From Candidatus Kuenenia stuttgartensis (GTDB lineage: Bacteria; Planctomycetota; Brocadiia; Brocadiales; Brocadiaceae), in contig NZ_LT934425.1 in assembly GCF_900232105.1 (NCBI RefSeq), positions 1,650,001 through 1,682,000 of the forward strand: DNA of 32,000 nucleotides, read 5' to 3'. The notes beneath the pieces are model-generated. The model ran no database searches and was not told the DNA's origin. It saw only the letters and a list, made by a program, of their open reading frames with translations. Both the position numbers and the translations under genes were made by a program. Positions 30,035 to 32,000 of the stretch are shown in pieces; positions within the stretch are counted from its first letter, which is position 1, and every line of letters begins with the position of its first letter.

Positions 30035-30427
30035 ATGACAACAGCAGTATTAGAAATACCTGAAGCAAAGCATGTTATATGCGATGGAGAAGAGGTACAA
30101 TTAATAATAGAAGAAAAACTGAGTGCTTTTGATAAGGCGATTGAGCAGCATGACTTCCTGGAAATAGATGGCGACATAGAAGGCGATTCACCGGAAGAAC
30201 ATTCGATAAAGATTATCAACCACAGGGCAGAATGTGCATATTCAATCAGTATCGATGCGGTTATCAGACAAGATTTGGGCTATGTAATAGATTCACTCGA
30301 AACAGGAAATACCACGCGCCTTTACGGAATAACAAGAATTGTGGGGTATTACAGCCGTGTATCCAATTGGAATAAATCCAAAATCAGTGAATTACACGAC
30401 AGGCATACGGGAAGTTATTCTGTATAA
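30035..30427 (+). CDS. stand-alone NrdD-type glycyl-radical domain protein (130 aa)
   Basis: The C-terminus LYGITRIVGYYSRVSNWNKSKISELHDRH matches the class III RNR glycyl-radical block (R-[IV]-x-G-Y-Y ... WN.GK..E...R). The N-terminal 70 aa or so are acidic and unassigned. A GAGGG Shine-Dalgarno sequence lies 4 nt upstream. Confidence 0.7.
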   Translation: MTTAVLEIPEAKHVICDGEEVQLIIEEKLSAFDKAIEQHDFLEIDGDIEGDSPEEHSIKIINHRAECAYSISIDAVIRQDLGYVIDSLETGNTTRLYGITRIVGYYSRVSNWNKSKISELHDRHTGSYSV

Positions 30428-30614
30428 GTATTATCCTGGCATTCGCTGGCATCCCCAAACGGGAAGGAAGTTTAATGACGTTAAGCAAAAGTGTTAAATC
30501 TTCCTCTTGAAAGGCATCATTTTTTAAAAACCATTGCGGCAAAGAACGTATTCGTGTTCATGTGCTGCAATGGTTTTTTTATTCACAAGATCCTGCCACA
30601 GTAGGCATGCTTTT

Positions 30615-31070
30615 TCAAACAACGTTGGCGGATGGACGAATTCTTACCGTAAGCACGGGGCATGGCGCCTTGCGTACAACCTTTTCCGCCACACTTCCCA
30701 TCATAACATGGGCGAGGCCGCTCCTGCCGTGAGTACCAATTACAATGATATCCATCTCCAGCTTTTCGCCCTTATTGACAATTTCGTTAAAAGGTATCCC
30801 CTTTTCAACAATTGTTTCCACTTCTAACAAATCGGTAGTGCCCTCCGGAAGACTTTTTAACAGATCGGCGTGAATTTTTGACATCGTTGCCTCATCAAGG
30901 TTGTACGGACTAAATTTGTATATTTCCGTATCATATGCACGGGTATCGATTACATGCATAATATACAACTTTGCTTCATCTTTTAATGCCAGAGAAACCG
31001 CATATTTTAAAGCAAGGTAAGAACATTCGGAATGATCTATAGGACATAATATATTTTTGAACTTTATCAT
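30615..31070 (-). CDS. universal stress protein (UspA family)
   Basis: I place the start at ATG 31070 (MIKFKNILCPIDHSE..., AGGAGA upstream) rather than the track start at 31148. The C-terminal block is VIGTHGRSGLAHVMMGSVAEKVVRKAPCPVLTV. Confidence 0.85.
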   Translation of the reverse strand: MIKFKNILCPIDHSECSYLALKYAVSLALKDEAKLYIMHVIDTRAYDTEIYKFSPYNLDEATMSKIHADLLKSLPEGTTDLLEVETIVEKGIPFNEIVNKGEKLEMDIIVIGTHGRSGLAHVMMGSVAEKVVRKAPCPVLTVRIRPSANVV

Positions 31071-31197
31071 ACACTCTCCTGTTCTGTTTGAAAAAAAGAA
31101 GCAACACAAAAAATGAGTAACATTTTCACAAAATGATGTATCATTCACTATTTAAGGCATATACCGTATTACCTTCAGGGACTTTTTGCGTAAAACA

Positions 31198-32000
31198 TCA
31201 CATGCCAATACCGTCAATAACTGCACCACATTTCGAACACTTTGAATTGGTAATATTATTTTCAAGGATTTGGTAGCCATATCTTTTGATGAGCATTTTA
31301 TTGCATTGATAACAATACGTATTTTCTCCCCCTTCGCCGGGGACATTGCCTTCGTAAACGTAACGCAGTCCCGCCTCCAAACCAATCGTACGCGCTCTTC
31401 TCAATGTTTCAACAGGAGTAGGCGGTGTATCGGGCAACCGGCATCTTGGATAAAAGCGACTAACATGCCAGGGGATTTCAGGTCCTACACTCCTGATAAA
31501 TCCGGCAATCTGTTTTAATTCCGAGTCGGAGTCATTAATTCCGGGAATGATAAGGGTGGTTATTTCTATCCAGATGCCCAATTCTTTATAAGCACGAATA
31601 CAATTCAGCACGGGTTCAAGTCTTGCCCCGCAAATCCTCTTATACGTTTCGTCGGAAAAACTTTTCAAATCGATATTTGCCGCATGAAGACAGGGTTGTA
31701 TAGTTGACAAAGCCTCATACGTCGTGTATCCATTCGTTACGAACACGTTCATAATTGACCTTGAAGAGGCCAATTGTGCAATTTCATACGCATATTCAAA
31801 AAAAATAGTGGGCTCTGTATAGGTGTAGGCAATGCTTTTACAGTTATACTCCAGGGCGTCTTCAACAATCTTTTCCGGCGGCACCTCTTTGCCGGGTATC
31901 GTGTCTGAATCTTTGGGGAGTTGTGATATTTCATAATTTTGGCAATTAAGACATCTGAAGTTACACCCCGCCGTTGCTACAGAGTAAGAAGTTGACCCAG
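31198..32000 (-). CDS. amrS: radical SAM enzyme of the PflA/NrdG activase family, AmmeMemoRadiSam-type (5' end beyond the right window edge)
   Basis: The reading frame stays open upstream of the track start. Own translation of 31921-32000 gives GSTSYSVATAGCNFRCLNCQNYEISQ (the CxxxCxxC cluster). This is followed by AYTYTEPTIFFEYA, VTNGY, NIDLKSF, EITTLIIPGIND, PWHVSRFYP, YVYEGNV and a C-terminal CYQC...CSKCG. Confidence 0.85.
   Translation of the reverse strand, partial: GSTSYSVATAGCNFRCLNCQNYEISQLPKDSDTIPGKEVPPEKIVEDALEYNCKSIAYTYTEPTIFFEYAYEIAQLASSRSIMNVFVTNGYTTYEALSTIQPCLHAANIDLKSFSDETYKRICGARLEPVLNCIRAYKELGIWIEITTLIIPGINDSDSELKQIAGFIRSVGPEIPWHVSRFYPRCRLPDTPPTPVETLRRARTIGLEAGLRYVYEGNVPGEGGENTYCYQCNKMLIKRYGYQILENNITNSKCSKCGAVIDGIGM

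Overview
Bacterial chromosomal window, about 40% GC by eye. The gene content and hairpin repeats remind me of anammox-type Planctomycetota, but that is only a guess.

Gene order, left to right:
- The 5' end of purB (-).
- A receiver-only response regulator followed by groES-groEL (-).
- An 8-kb plus-strand operon for a Hyf/Hyc-type (group 4, complex-I-related) membrane [NiFe]-hydrogenase: hyfB, hyfC, hyfE, hyfF, hyfG and a fused hycF/hycG-like gene.
- A UbiA-family prenyltransferase.
- A clearly GC-richer two-gene block (DUF202 protein plus an SLC13/TrkA-C transporter).
- An RmlD-like SDR and a membrane-anchored coiled-coil protein (-).
- dnaE, glyQ, a DUF4352-like gene, htpG, a xerC/D-like recombinase, pabB and pabC.

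The main anomaly is a tract from about 19.47 kb to about 29.36 kb. Every recognisable gene there is split over several frames by single-base deletions, mostly in homopolymers. Sequence on both sides is clean, and the left boundary lies inside dnaE.

The right end holds the most interesting biology:
- A 130-aa stand-alone protein ends in an NrdD-type glycyl-radical block.
- It is preceded by tandem NrdR-box-like palindromes and a sigma70-like promoter.
- It is followed by a UspA gene and a PflA/NrdG-family (AmmeMemoRadiSam-type) radical SAM gene that runs off the window.

Intergenic regions carry several hairpin/MITE-like repeat families. One pair has identical flanks but an inverted 65-70-nt core. 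I found no rRNA, tRNA or CRISPR array.
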